From contig OX597823.1 in assembly GCA_951406725.2 (NCBI GenBank), positions 67,580,001 through 67,644,000 of the forward strand: a stretch of DNA of 64,000 bases, read 5' to 3'. Position 1 is the stretch's first letter; each line of letters starts with the position of its first letter. Of the stretch, positions 1 to 12,694 are shown in pieces. The notes beneath the pieces were generated by a model. That model searched no databases, had not been told where the DNA came from, and was given only the letters and a program-made list of their open reading frames with translations. The translations under genes and the position numbers were made by a program. This DNA is from Octopus vulgaris. Its lineage: Eukaryota.

Positions 1-23
1 AATAAATTAGAAAGATATTTACT

Positions 24-256
24 TATTTCTTTACTGCCCACAAGGGGCTAAACATAGAGGGGACAAACAAGGACAGACAAATGGATTAAGTCGATTACAT
101 CAGCCCCAGTGCGTAACTGGTACTTAATTTATCGACCCCGAAAGGATGAAAGGCAAAGTTGACCTCGGCAGAATTTGAACTCAGAACGTAACGGCAGACG
201 AAATACGGCTACACATTTCACCCGGTATGCTAATGTTTCTTCCAGCTCGCCGCCTT
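24..256 (-). mobile_element. tRNA-derived SINE, family A (Nin-like central domain), full copy with TSD
   Basis: Minus strand reads GGCGGCGAGCTGG..GTTAGC..GTTCTGAGTTCAAATTC (A/B boxes), then GCCTTTCATCCTTTCGGGGTCGATAAATTAAGTACC. 14-bp direct repeat GAAAGATATTTACT at 10-23 and 257-270. More than 20 further copies or fragments in the window. Confidence 0.9.
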
Positions 257-394
257 GAAAGATATTTACTAGTCACAGAATTAGAAAGATATTTACTACA
301 GTCACAAGGTTACAAATTTGTAGGAGACAGGCAGAGCTTACTTATTCAAACTCACATCAGTCCCTAAACACTAATTATAAATGAACCAATTAAA

Positions 395-600
395 GAGCTT
401 CCATATAGTCAGTTAACATGCTAAAAATGTCAGCTACATCTCCTGCAAATCATAAGTGACAGTTATCAAAAAAAAGCAAAGATATGCTGGGTAATGCAGT
501 CCAAGATACGTTTGATGAAAAAAGAAATACAGATGGAAAGGTCAATAGTCACAAATGAAACACTTTTGATCATAGCTTTACTCAACCAGGGCTAACCTGG
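395..600 (+). repeat. Unclassified interspersed repeat, about 200 bp, old and diverged
   Basis: Motif ..TGCTAGAAATAGCAGC.AAAT..CTCAAATCA..GATAATGTAGTC..GATA..CCTTTG.TCATA recurs near 22550, 25270-25430, 36480 and 53710, and reversed near 40900. Confidence 0.55.
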
Positions 601-603
601 AGG

Positions 604-751
604 TACCATATTTACCAGAATACAAGTCAAATTTTTCAGACCGTAATTTACAGCCAAAAAATGTGAAATGCAGCAGGATTTGAAAAGATAGTGACAATGT
701 TCAAACGTTTATGTTATATATTATGTTGACTCATATCTGGAAAATACAGTA
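604..751. mobile_element. Short MITE, Tc1/pogo-like
   Basis: Imperfect TIRs TACCATATTTACCAGAATACAAGTCAA / TTGACTCATATCTGGAAAATACAGTA, with TA at both ends. Confidence 0.6.
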
Positions 752-911
752 AATGGCAAAACAGCAACTGGTACAAATTATACTAGAACAGAGAAAAGAA
801 TGAAAGGTAGAGTTTGCTCCAGCAAGATTTGAACACAGAATATAGAGGCTTGAAATGAATGATAAAATATATTTAGTCCAGATCATTACCAAATCTGTCA
901 TTTTTAGCTAA

Positions 912-1279
912 TCTCTATATATATAAAGCTGAAGTTGTCTGTGTATGGCAGGTTTGGTAGCCTTCAACTAACACTATCTCCTGCGAGACCCTGAGGCACA
1001 AGTTGACCAAAATTGAGAGTATGATAGAAGAAGGCTTGCTCTTCCTTCTGTAGAAGAAAAAATTCAAATCGGACCATGTTAACTTTTTTCTATGAAAATC
1101 CCTATTTTTTACAATTTTTTGACAGCTGTGTTGTCATTTTTTGGTGTATTTCAACTAGAAAAATGTTCACTTAAAGAGAATAACAAGCTACATAATGCAA
1201 AATTTTTACTTTTCAAAAATTCCAATTCTAAAGGGTTGAAAAGAAAACAAGCCCGAGTAACACTGGGCTATACTGCTAG
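912..1279 (+). mobile_element. Non-autonomous Helitron
   Basis: Starts A|TC (TCTCTATATATATAAAG). Ends with GC hairpin GCCCGAGTAACACTGGGC followed by ..TGCTAG|T. No TSD. Confidence 0.85.
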
Positions 1280-1351
1280 TTAGATAATAAAACCAAGAAA
1301 CAAGAAATAAATGCTAAATCATTTTACTTATTCCACATCAATTGCCACTAA

Positions 1352-1570
1352 TCTTTAGCATTTAAACTGACCATATCTGGCCAAAATATTCTGCCTGTTT
1401 TATATTCAAACCAACCAGATCTGACCTCTCGCACATAACCTACAATGTTGTTCTAAAATTAAATAATTTCATCATTGAAACCTTGGAGCTACAAGATAAT
1501 GCATGATTAAGTCAAAACAATGTGAATAAATAAGCATTACACTCGACAGAGTAACCTGAATACTAAAGGG
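1352..1570 (+). mobile_element. piggyBac-type MITE, diverged copy
   Basis: Same body as 45231-45451 and 23245-23474; ends (C)CTTTAGC..CTAAAGGG. Confidence 0.75.
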
Positions 1571-2057
1571 TGAAATCTGGTTGACTGATGTTGAGAGAAA
1601 ATAGCAGAGGGCAAACAAACATCAGTACAATTCAATGAGATGCATGACTGCATATTTACACACTTAATTACAGGAATGGCTGTGGGGTTAAGAAGCTAGC
1701 TACTCAATCATGTAGTCTTGAGTTCAATCCCAGAGCACAGCAACTTGAGAAAGTGTCTTGTACTTTAGCACTGGGTCCAACAAAAGCCTTGTGAGTGGAT
1801 CTGATTGACTGAAACTGAAGACAGATAAAAAGAGAAATCAAAGGAATCCATAGGTAAAAAAATGTTTGAGAAACACTGACCTAAAATTTATTTTTCAAAA
1901 TGAAAATTTAAATTGTGTTTTCACATTTTTTTGTTACAGGTTTCTGTAAAGTGGATGGCATTATAAAGGGCATCCACCCATAAAAACCATACCAAAACAG
2001 ACATCACTGGTGCTGATGCCACATAAAATGCACTCAGTTCACTCTGTAAGGTGGTTG

Positions 2058-3430
2058 AGGCAATAACAGAGAAATTCAAGACAGGATGCCCCTGGGAGCT
2101 CCTCTATGCTGATGACCTTGCTCTAATAACTGAGTCACTATCAAAACTAGAGGAGTTTCAGGTGTAGAAGCAAGGTCTAGAATTGAAGAGCCTTAGAGTC
2201 AATCTAGCAAAAACAAAAGTCTTAGGAAGTAGGAAGGCAGACAAATCACAAATCCCTTCAGGTAGATGACCCTGCGTAGGTAGAAACTCCATAAGTTATG
2301 GACACATAAGTGCCATAATAACAAAGGAAGACTAACTGGGAAGATAGTTTTTGCTTGTGGCATAGGCACAGGGGCAATAAACACTGAAAACATACAGAAA
2401 ACAGCTTCCGTCACATGCCAGGGGCAAAAACTAGAAATAGTTGATAGCTTCTATTACCTAGGTGACCAAGTCAGTAGTGGAGGTAGATGCTCTGAGAGCA
2501 TAGCTGCTAGAATAAGAATAGACTGTATGACATGTGTGCAAACAGCCATGCTACATGGCAGATGTGTAATGTCAGTGTACATACATGACAGAGTATAAGC
2601 ACCCAGAGAGAAAAGTCGGACATAAGAAGCATCAGATACAGTGTGCAAGAGAGACAACTGCGCTGGTATGATCATGTGTTGCATATGGATGAGGACAGCT
2701 GTGTGAAGAAGTGTCACACCCTAACAGTGGAGGGAACCTATGGAAGAGTTAGACCCAGGAAGACCTGGGATGAGGTGGTGAAGCACAACCTTTGAACATT
2801 CAACCACACAGAGACAATAACAAATGACTGAAACCTTTGGAGATATGCTGTGCATGAGAAGACCTGGCAAGCCAAGTGAGACCATAACTGTTGCCTATGC
2901 CAGTGTATCATAACCAGCCCATTTAAGAGTACCCTTCAATTAAAGGGCAATAAACTGTGCTTGAGAAGACCTGTTGAGTCAAGTGAAATTATTGAAATGG
3001 CTGATGCCAGTACCGCCTGATTGACACCTGTGCCAGTGGCACATAAAAAGTACCATTCAAACGTGGTCAATACCAGTCCCACTGGACTGGCTCCCATGCC
3101 AGTGGCACGTAAAATGCACTATATGAATGTGGTCAATGCCATTACCGCCTGACTGGTCCAGTGCCGGTGGCACATAAAAAGCACCATTTGAGTATGGTCG
3201 ATGCCAGTGCTGCTTAACTGGCCCTCATGCCGGTGGCACGTAAAAAGCACCCACTACACTCTTGGAGTAGTTGGCATTAGAAAGAGCATCCAGCTGTAGA
3301 AACCTTGCTAGATCAGATTGGTGCCTGGTGCAGTCTTCTGGCTTGCCAGTCCTCAGTCAAACTGTCCAACTCATGCCAGCATGGAAAGTAGACGTATGTT
3401 GATGATGATGAGATGACAATAATGATGATG
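2058..3430 (+). mobile_element. RTE-clade LINE, 5'-truncated and degenerate (RT C-half, 3'UTR tandem repeats, (GAT)n tail)
   Basis: Translates AITEKFKTGCPWELLYADDLAL and LEIVDSFYYLGDQVSSGG..SESIAARIR with stops and frameshifts. About 60-bp repeats (GCCRGTGGCACRTAAAAAGCACC) at about 3000-3260, then ..GCCAGCATGGAAA..GACGT..GATGATGAT. Confidence 0.85.
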
Positions 3431-4084
3431 ATGCAGCTATAAAAACTATGCCAAAACAGACCTCACTGGTGCTGGTGCCACGTAAAAAGCACTCGGTCCA
3501 CTCTGTAAGGTAGCTGGCATTAGGATAGGTATCCAGCCATAAAGACCATGCCAAAACAGAGATTGAAGCCTGGTGCAGTCTTCTTGCCCACTCCTGTTAA
3601 ACCCATGCCAGCATGTAAAATGGACATTAAATGATGATGATGATGATGATGATGATGACGATGATGATAATAATGATATGTCATTATAAAGCTGGTATTT
3701 GAAACATCAATTAACGGGAAAGTTTTAAAGCCAGTTTTAATTTAGGTCACTTTAAAGTAGGAAGTTTGTATCAGAGAAACAGAGGCATTTTGAATAGTTA
3801 ATGTCATTGATTAATAGATTTACAGAATCAGAAATGATCTGGAGTTAAACTAGAACAGTAACCATGACAACAATTCTTCCTTTATAGTACAACTTTAAAA
3901 ATAAATAAATAAATAAAAGGTCATCAATTGACCTGTAGAATCTTCAAACCCAAACAACCCTTTTAGGTCATATATACAAATTATTTATAAAATGACATGA
4001 ATTCTCAAATACCATTCTCACAGGCAGCTTGCCAAGCGCTCGATACAATTCCACAGACTAGATAGACTTTATTACAATGCATGA

Positions 4085-4115
<31 letters not shown>

Positions 4116-4397
4116 TGTGTGTACTTTAATAACAGTTCAACTCAGCTTCCTATGACTTAACATTTCATGGGCACATAGGGCAAACACATCCCTTCCAGTA
4201 TCTGATGAGAAGGGCTCATCCTACGCACCTACAATGCTTTAAGTTGTATGAAGCTGAGTCAAACTGTCATTAAATTATATATAACTCCCACGAAATGTGT
4301 TGGGAGCCACCTTCTTTCATTTGTTCACTGACTCATAATATATCATCATCATCATCCTCCTCATCATCATCATCGTCCTTTAACGTCCATCTTCCAT

Positions 4398-4511
4398 GTA
4401 TGTATACATATATATATATGTGTGTATGTGCATGTGTGAGTGTGTGTGTGTATGTATGCATGTACGTATCTATGTATGTAGCTGTATATGCATGTAGATG
4501 TATATACATAC

Positions 4512-4543
<32 letters not shown>

Positions 4544-4552
4544 GTATATATA

Positions 4553-4605
<53 letters not shown>

Positions 4606-4705
4606 ATATATGTACATATACAGATATGTAATTTTACATATATATATATATATATATATGCACAAACATACAAATATATATATAAATGAAAATGTATGTG
4701 TGTAT
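4398..4705. repeat. Compound (TA)n/(TG)n/(TATG)n microsatellite, representative of many
   Basis: Directly visible and the source of the YIYI/CVCV ORFs. Similar tracts at 37500-37600, 39545-39645, 41390-41800, 44430-44500 and 54795-54885. Confidence 0.95.
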
Positions 4706-5321
4706 AGCCCTGAGAGGCTCCTAAACGGTGCCGCCTTGAGAAAAACAGATTTGGTTTCCGAAATCTGCATCCCAATGAGAAAATAGTTGGTTTACAATTA
4801 GTCAAAAAATACAATTTGCTATGAGAAATAACTCAACTTTTAGATCAACAAATCTCCCACTATCTGTTTCCATCAAATGCTCTCTCTCTTTTATGCCTTT
4901 CCCCTCTTCCTATATATTGACCACACTCTTTATCACTCTGTCTGTATATGTACAACTCTCACGCATGCTATCCCTCCCTCTCTCTCTCTTCATATGACAT
5001 ATAACTGCTTTCATTTTGTTTAAAACTTCATCTTCTTATGTTTACTTTCATTTTATGATAGACAGCTATCACCCAGAAAATGATATCTTCCAAATCTTTC
5101 TCTCTCTTCTTTACTGATTGTGTAAAAATTATCAAATTTTAAACCTTTGTAGCATTTTCCTAAAATTTTTCTGGAATAGATGACTCACAAAATCGGATTC
5201 TGTGTGAAAAAGTACATCAATATACCAAATTTGAAATTTTTCACTTAATTTTAAAATTTAAAATTTGACTGCAACAGAAAATTTCTCTCTCTCTCTCACT
5301 CTCTATCTATCTATCTATCTA

Positions 5322-5362
<41 letters not shown>

Positions 5363-6728
5363 TTATCTTTGTCTTTCATCTATGCTTTTCTCATTGTAAA
5401 TTTTATCCATTCTCTATATTTACCACACTGTCTCTCACTCTCTGTATATAAATATCACTCACATTGAGTGTGTGTATGTGTAGATGTATGTATGTGTGTG
5501 TGTGTGCAAGCACATGTGTATAAAGAATTCTTTATACACATACACACATAGGTGAAAGACCCTCACAAAGCATCAGCAGTGAGCTAAAAGCTTTACATCT
5601 ATGCACCAAATGGAAAAACAAAAGCTTAGTGTATCAATACATTATAATTTGCCCCAAATAATACAGAAATCTGTCTTGAGCAAGAGGCCTACCTCTCGGA
5701 GAAGATATGGCTTGACATGGAACAAAAAAATTAAAATAAAGGCATTCTGTTGTGAAAATTGCCCAGCAATGACAGGATACTCAGCTAGAATATATATATA
5801 GGTGCAGATGTGACTGTGTGGTAAAAAGTTTGCTTCCCATCCACATGGTTCCATGTTCAGCCACACAGCATATTACCTTGGGCAAGTGTCTTTTACGATA
5901 GCCTTGGGCCAACAAATGCCTTGTGAGTGGAGGTCATCACTGAGGTCACCTTTGCATTTCATTCTTTCAGTGTTGATAAAATAAGTACCAGTTGAGCACT
6001 GAGGTTGATGTAATCAACTAGCCCCACTCCCACAAAAATGTCATGCTTTGTGCCTTTGTTAGAAAAATATCATTATTATGATATATAAAGGCAGTGAGCT
6101 GGTAGAATCATTAGCACACCAGACAAAATGCTTAGCGCCATTTCTTCAAGCTTTAAGTTCTGAGTTCAAATGCCTATGATCCACAAACAACACCCAATAT
6201 GAAGGAACTCCTTCATATCACATATCCATGCTTACCAGCAGGACTACCTCTCATCTAAAATTTAATAGTTTTTATTTCAATTTTTACTTTTTATTTTCTT
6301 ATTTATTTTCATTTCACAGGATTCTTGTCATGAAACAGGATGTTGAAAATGGATACTGTTGTAATGGATAGTGTCATTCTACTAATAAAAATACATGCAC
6401 TTGTTGTAGATCACTTTTCTTTTTATTATTGCTTCTAATATAGACCCAAGGCCTGAAATTTGGGGACAGGATCTTAGCTGATTATATTGAACTTAATATT
6501 TGACTAGTAGTTTATTCTTTTGAATTTTACAGGACGAAAGGCAAAAACTGACCCTGGTTGGATTTGAAATCAAAATCTAAACTGCCAGAACAGATACTGT
6601 AAAATATTTTGTCTAAGGATCTAATAATAAATATGCTAATGAATCATTCTTAATTGGTGTTCAGAAGAGCATCCAGTGGCAAAAACAATGCCGAAGCACA
6701 CATGGAGCACCATGCAGTCCTGTGTTTC

Positions 6729-6795
<67 letters not shown>

Positions 6796-6796
<1 letters not shown>

Positions 6797-6927
6797 TCGA
6801 AAAATACTTTATGAATGAGAGCCCCCAAGACATCTGATGAAGGCTGGTGGGTATATCAGCCAAAATGTTGTGTTAACAACAAAGAAGATGAGGACAAATA
6901 TCCATCAAATGTAAATAATGTAAATAA
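6796..6927 (+). mobile_element. Penelope-like terminal fragment with decayed minimal hammerhead ribozyme
   Basis: ACAT-CTGATGA-AGGCTG(gtgggtatat)CAGCC-AAAATGTT-GTGT at 6830-6873. The expected CGAAACG has become CAAAATG (two CpG transitions). Follows a (TAA)n tract. Confidence 0.7.
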
Positions 6928-7584
6928 TTTTCTATTGATTTTAGAAACTTCACTCTTACCAGCAAAAATTGCATGTTGCTGACGTCTAACATGTTTCAAT
7001 CATTGGACTGTGGCCATGCTGGGTTATTACCTTGAAGTGTTTAGCCAAACAAGTTAACCCCAGTACTTTTTTTTTTTATTTGCTTTTAAAGCTTGTGACT
7101 TATTCTATCAGTCTCTTTTGCTGGAGAACAAACAGACATGCATGTACCGCACATGAACGCACACATACACACACACACGACAGGCTTCTTTTAGTTTTCA
7201 CCTACCAAATCCATTCACAAGGCTTTGGTGAGCCCACAGCTATAGTAGAATACACCTGCCCAAGGTGCCATGCAGTGGGACTGAACTCAAAACCATGTAG
7301 TTGGAAAGCAAACTTCTTACCACACAACCACACCTGGGTTTCAGTATGTTACTGATTCAGTAAAAGAGATCAACAGATTAAGTACTACACTTAAAAAAAT
7401 TAATACTGAGGTTGATTTGTTTAACTAAAACCTTCAAAGTGGTGGTCGAGGATGGGCACATTCCATTGACTGAAATGGATGCAAAAGATAAAAAGAAAGG
7501 TTTACGTATACAGTGAGCATCTGAACAGTTTCTAACTATCAGATTTCACTTTCAAGGAATTGGTCAACTTTATACTGAACAGAG

Positions 7585-7858
7585 TGAAAGCACATGGTTT
7601 AGTGGTTAGAGTATTCAGCTCACAATCATAAGGTTGTGAGTTCATTGCTGGTGACACATTGTGTCCTTGAGCAAGACACTTTATTTTACATTGCTCCAGT
7701 CCACTCAGCTGGCAAAAATGAGTAGTACCTGTATTTCAAAGGGCTGGCTTTGTCACATCCTATGTCACACTGAATCTCCCTGAGAACTACATTTAGGGTA
7801 CACGCGTCTGTGGAGTGCTCAGCCACTTGCATGCTAATTTCATGAACAGGCTGTTTCA
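7585..7858 (+). mobile_element. tRNA-SINE: head H3, CORE-like domain, tail shared with 28181-28563
   Basis: TGGTTTAGTGGTTAGAG head, GTGTCCTTGAGCAAGACAC core, then ACCTGTATTTCAAAGGGC..GTCTGTGGAGTGCTCAGCCACTT tail. Confidence 0.75.
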
Positions 7859-8412
7859 GACTATAGTGAAAGACACTTCCAGAACATGCAGTGCAGTGGG
7901 ATTGAACCCACAACAACACGGTTACTAACTGAATTTCTTAACCACACAACTATGCCAAAAACGGGTTTGAATGAGTTAACATAGTTGGAGTCAATTGGCA
8001 TGGGTTGGGCAGGTTGTCGATCTGAGTAATGAAAATAATGATAGTGTGTGTGTGTGTGTGTGTGTATGTGCGTGTTTGTCTGTCTTTTAGTGCGTACGCA
8101 TGTGTGTGCCTGCTTCTCTGTCTGCCTGCTTCTCTGTCTGCCTGTGTGTGTGTTTATTTGAGTGTGGGTATATGTGTTTGCACTTGTCACCAAAATTAGT
8201 ATTGTTGATGAACCTCTTGACAATCCTGTAGCTAATTGGCTTCAAAGAATAGAGATCAATAGAATTAAGGACTAGACTTGGGATTAGTACAATCAATTAA
8301 TACCCTTGTATGCAGTGCTCCAGCCAGCATGACTGTAGTCCAATGATGGAAACCAGTAAAAGAAAGGCCGAAATGTAATTTTATATTTTTGTAATTTTAA
8401 AGCTATATTCCA

Positions 8413-8938
8413 GTGGCACTCTGGTTTAAGCATCCCATATAATCCCTCATAACTTTTTGATTTTTGAGAAATTTTCAGAAAATTTTGGCAGATTGGTTTC
8501 CTATACATGGGAATTCATACAATTATGCAGAATTTTGGCTTTTTTATGTCTTTAAACCCCCACCCCACCCATAAATCCTAAAAGTTCCAGTCTTTTATGA
8601 ATTTTCAGACAGTCCAAATTGTTTGCTTAAATCTCAGCAATGGACCACTCTTGATGCATCTTTATTCCATTAAATGTGTTTATGGGAAGAAAAATACTGA
8701 AAAACATCAATACATGTCAGAGTGACAAAGAAACAAAGAAGGCATCAGGTGGTCATGAAATGTACAAAAAACAACAGCTAAATCACCCTCAGATCACACA
8801 CACATGCAAAAAAAATTTGCATAATTGTATGCATTCACATATGTAGCTCACAAATTCACAAAAATTTTCTGGAAATTCCAAAAAATAAAAAAAATGTTTT
8901 AAGTGGTTATATCGGGTGCTTAAACCAGAATTCCACCT
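8413..8938. mobile_element. TIR-bounded non-autonomous DNA element
   Basis: GTGGCACTCTGGTTTAAGCATCCCATATAA matches the reverse complement of TTATATCGGGTGCTTAAACCAGAATTCCAC; subterminal similarity continues for about 70 bp. Confidence 0.7.
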
Positions 8939-10139
8939 ATTTTCGTTCTCTTTAAGTAACCAGATATATATACATGTGACATATTATGATGTAGTATTTA
9001 TTCAACATTCAACACACAAGGGATGCACACACATGCTCACACAATTATACATACGCACCTTGCTACATACACAAGTGCAATGCTTCACTATTAAGTGCTG
9101 TTTTGCGATTATGTAAATAAAATATGTCATGAGACTATTTACCATCAACTCAACTGGTGTCATACTGACATGAATGCGAGGTTTTCAAACTGATGTGTGT
9201 CTCTTTCAATCTTTATCTTTTATCTTTTGTTTCAGTTACTGGACTGCAGCCATTCTGGAGCACTGCCTTGAAGATTTCTTTAGTCAAACAAATGAACTCC
9301 AATTCTTATTTCTAAACCTGGTACTTATTTTATCAGTTTCTTTTGCTGAACTGCGAAGTGAAGGGGATGTAAACAAACCAACAATGGTTGTTAGGCAGTT
9401 GGTGGGGAACAAACACAAACACACACACACTCACACATATATGTATAAGCCAGTGACACATAAAAGGCACTCATATGTTGGTAACACGTAAAAGGCACCC
9501 ACTACACCCTTGGAGTGGTTGGTGTAAGGAAGAGCATCCAGCCATAGAAACCAAGCTGAATCGGACTGGAGCCTGTTACAGCTCTCCGGTTTATCAGTCC
9601 TGGTCAAATTGTCTAACCCATGCCAGCATGGAAAATGGGCACTAAATGATGATGATGATGATAATATATGTGTAGGTGTGGTTAAGTGGTTAGTGTGTTG
9701 AACTCATGATCATAAGAATGTGGTTTCAATTCCTGGACCAGGTAGCGCATTGCATTCTTGAGCAAAACACTTAATTTCACATTATTCCAATGCTCAGCTG
9801 ACAAAAATGAGCAATCCTATGACAGACCAGCATCTCATCCAGGGATGAGTATATGCCATGAGTCTATGCCTCAAAAAGGACCTTATATATATGTATACAT
9901 ATATACATTGGATGGCCAGGGGCTATGGCAGAAGATACTTACCCAAGAAGCTGTGCATTGACTTACACTAACTCACAAAATTGCTGGCCTTGTGCAAAAA
10001 TTTGAAACCAATGTATGCAAAATCAACCCTTCCTCCAACATTAGACACAAGTTATTTTATGATCTCATCTAACAGGAAATTTATCACCTCTGCTGTGATA
10101 TTTGCTATCTAATATCTATAAAGGTGATTGCAATAAAAG

Positions 10140-10467
10140 GTAAAGACCCCCTTCGGTCATGAATGACCATGGGATTGCACCTAGAAAGTTACCCTTTGAG
10201 GCACAAATCTGAGCAAGGTTGTTTATTTTTATGGAAGACCAGTAGTTGCCCATGCATACCAGCCTCCCCTCTCCACACCAACTATGTTATCCAAGGAAAA
10301 GGCAAAGACTGATACAGCTTGGCACCAGTGACATCGCAACTCATTTTCACAGCTGAGTGAACTGGAGAAACGAGAAATAAAGTGTCTTGCTCAAAAACAC
10401 AACACACAGCCCAGTCTGAAAATCGAACTCACTGCCTCATGATTGTGAGCCTGACTAAGGCCATTGC
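10140..10467 (-). mobile_element. tRNA-SINE family C (H3 head, CORE-like, tail ..TTTCTAGGTGCAATCCCATGGTCATTCATGACCGAAGG)
   Basis: Reverse-complement match to the plus-strand copy at 30486-30812. Confidence 0.85.
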
Positions 10468-10794
10468 TTTACAGTCTAGAATGACTTGGTATAGGCATAT
10501 ACCATACTTTTGCTAATAGTTTTAGGTACTCGTGTAATTTCAAGCAAATACAAAGACTCCCACTTGACTTTCTCGTTCTTGATCCAGCAGAACATTTTTG
10601 GACACGACAGTGGACTTGACAGTGTGGGTACTGTATTTTATCAACCCTGATAAAGATCAAAGCTAAAGTTGACCTGAACAGGATTTGAACTCAGAACGCA
10701 GAGAACTTTGGCTTGTTCATGTTATTGTTGTTGAAATTATTGTTACATGATCCACTTTCTATATTATTATTATTATTATTATCATTATTATAAG

Positions 10795-11004
10795 ATGGTG
10801 AACTGGTAGAATTGTTAGCACACTGGACAAAATGCTTAGCAGCATTTCACCTGTAGCTACATTCTGAGTTCAAATTCTGCCAATGCTGACTTTACCTTTC
10901 ATCCTTTCAGGGACAATAAATTAAGTACCAGTTGAGTACTGGGGTCAATATAATTGACTATCACCCTCCCCCAATTTTCATGCCTTGAAGCTATAACAGA
11001 AAGG

Positions 11005-11073
<69 letters not shown>

Positions 11074-11537
11074 TGTAGTAGTAGTAAGGTGGTAAGCTGG
11101 CAGTTAGCATGCTGAGCAAAATGCTTGGTGGTATTTTGTCTGTCTTCACATTCTGAGTCCAAATTCCACTGAGGTCAACTTTGCCTTCCATCCTTTCAGG
11201 GTCGATAAATTTAGTCCCAGTGAAACACTGGGGGTCGATGTAATCGACAAGTCCCCTCCTCCAACATTTCAGGCCTTGTGCCTTTAGTAGAAAGGATTAT
11301 TGTTATTATTATTAAGGTGGTGAGCTGGCAGAGTCATTAGCACGCCAGGTAAATAGCTTAGCAGTTTTTCATCTGCCATTACATTCTGAGTTCAAACTCC
11401 GCCAAGGTCAACTTTGCCTTTCATCCTTTCGTGACTGATGAAATAAGTACTAGTCATTTATGTACTGGGGGTCAATATTATCAACTAGTCTCCTTCCTCC
11501 AAACTTAAGGCCTTGTATCTTTAGTAGAAAGGATTAG
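10795..11537 (+). mobile_element. Three head-to-tail family A SINEs separated by (TAT)n/(TAG)n tails
   Basis: Three GGTGGT(G/A)AGCTGG..CATCCTTTC..GAAAGGATTA units starting near 10795, 11088 and 11315. Confidence 0.85.
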
Positions 11538-11569
11538 TATGAAATTAGTAGTAAGGTATATGGTAAACT

Positions 11570-12222
11570 TTGACAGCTGCTCATTTTGTGTCATTATTAT
11601 ATTTCGACAATCTTTATTTTTTTGTTAGAAAGCTGACACATCTATTTCTTTATTCTAACTCACTTTCCGCTTCATAAATTATTTATAAATCGTTTTTTGT
11701 TATTTTTATTTAGAGATGAGGGTAATCGGAAATTCACATTTTGAAATATGAGTTCTTTCTTGGAAATACAGCATCACAGACAGCTTGGAATATTAATGGA
11801 GCATTTCATTCTAATGTTATTACACAGCAGACAGTATCAAATTGATTTGCAAAATTTCGTTCTGGTAACTTTGATTTCACTCTAGACCACACATCGCAAA
11901 AATGACATTGGCGAAACTACAGGAGTTGGAAGTTCTCCATCATCCAGCATACTCACCTGACTACCGCTTCTTCCAGAATTTGGAACTTTTTGATAGGAAA
12001 AAATTTAATTCCGATGATGTTGTAAAACGCACTTTCAAGATTTTATTGACTCTAGATTGCCAGGCTTTTACAGTTCCTGACTGGATAAGCTACTGCTGAA
12101 ATGGCACAAGTGTATTGACAATATGGGTGCATATTCTGATGAATAAAACTATTCCTTGTATTTATAAAACATTGACAAACTTTTTTGACTTTTCTACAAA
12201 TTTCATACTTGACGACCTAATA
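11570..12222 (+). mobile_element. Mariner transposon, internally deleted and degenerate
   Basis: HTH region KYEFFLGNTASQTAWNINGAF..TVSN*FAKFRSGNFD joined to C-terminal RPHIAKMTLAKLQELEVLHHPAYSPD and KWHKCIDNMGAYSDE*. Mariner-like end ..TTTCATACTTGACGACCTAATA. Confidence 0.85.
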
Positions 12223-12694
12223 TTATTAAGGTGGCAAGCTGGCAGAGTCATTAGCATGCCAGGCAAAATGCTTAGTGACATTTTGCTCGTCCTTATGTTC
12301 TGAGTTCAAATTCCACCATGGTTTATTTTACCTTTCATCCTTTTGGGGTCAATAAAATAAGTACCAATTGAGTACTGGGGTCAATGTAATTGACTTACCC
12401 CTCCCCCAAAATTTCAGGCCTTGTACCTATAATAGAAAGGATTATTATTATAATCAGCAGTATTATTAAAGTCATAACTAATTATAATTGGTATAATAAT
12501 CACCATGGTTATTACGGTTAGCATGATTATAACACTACTATTACCAATAATAATAGTAGCTGTAGTTATAGTAGTATCAGAAGTGGTAGTTATAGTAGAA
12601 GACATAGTAGTACTAATAATAATATTGTTAGGATTAGAAGTTGTACTGATATTGTTATGATCATTATTATTACTAGAATAATAATTATTATTGG

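Noticed and set aside
2990-3260. Regularly spaced repeats resembling a CRISPR array
   Set aside because: Spacers resemble each other, the array lies in an RTE 3'UTR, the context is eukaryotic and there are no cas genes.
4195-4240. CTGATGA hammerhead-like start
   Set aside because: No matching stem II plus GAAA found downstream.
4707-4800. Hairpin CAGATTTGG-TTT-CCGAAATCTG with GAAA
   Set aside because: No correctly placed CUGANGA core; probably part of an unclassified repeat.
4295-4814. Long ORFs rich in YI/CV/HT (also about 14.2-14.9, 38.6-38.9, 41.5-42.0, 44.0-44.3 and 54.6-55.0 kb)
   Set aside because: Translations of microsatellites and low-complexity tracts, open on both strands.
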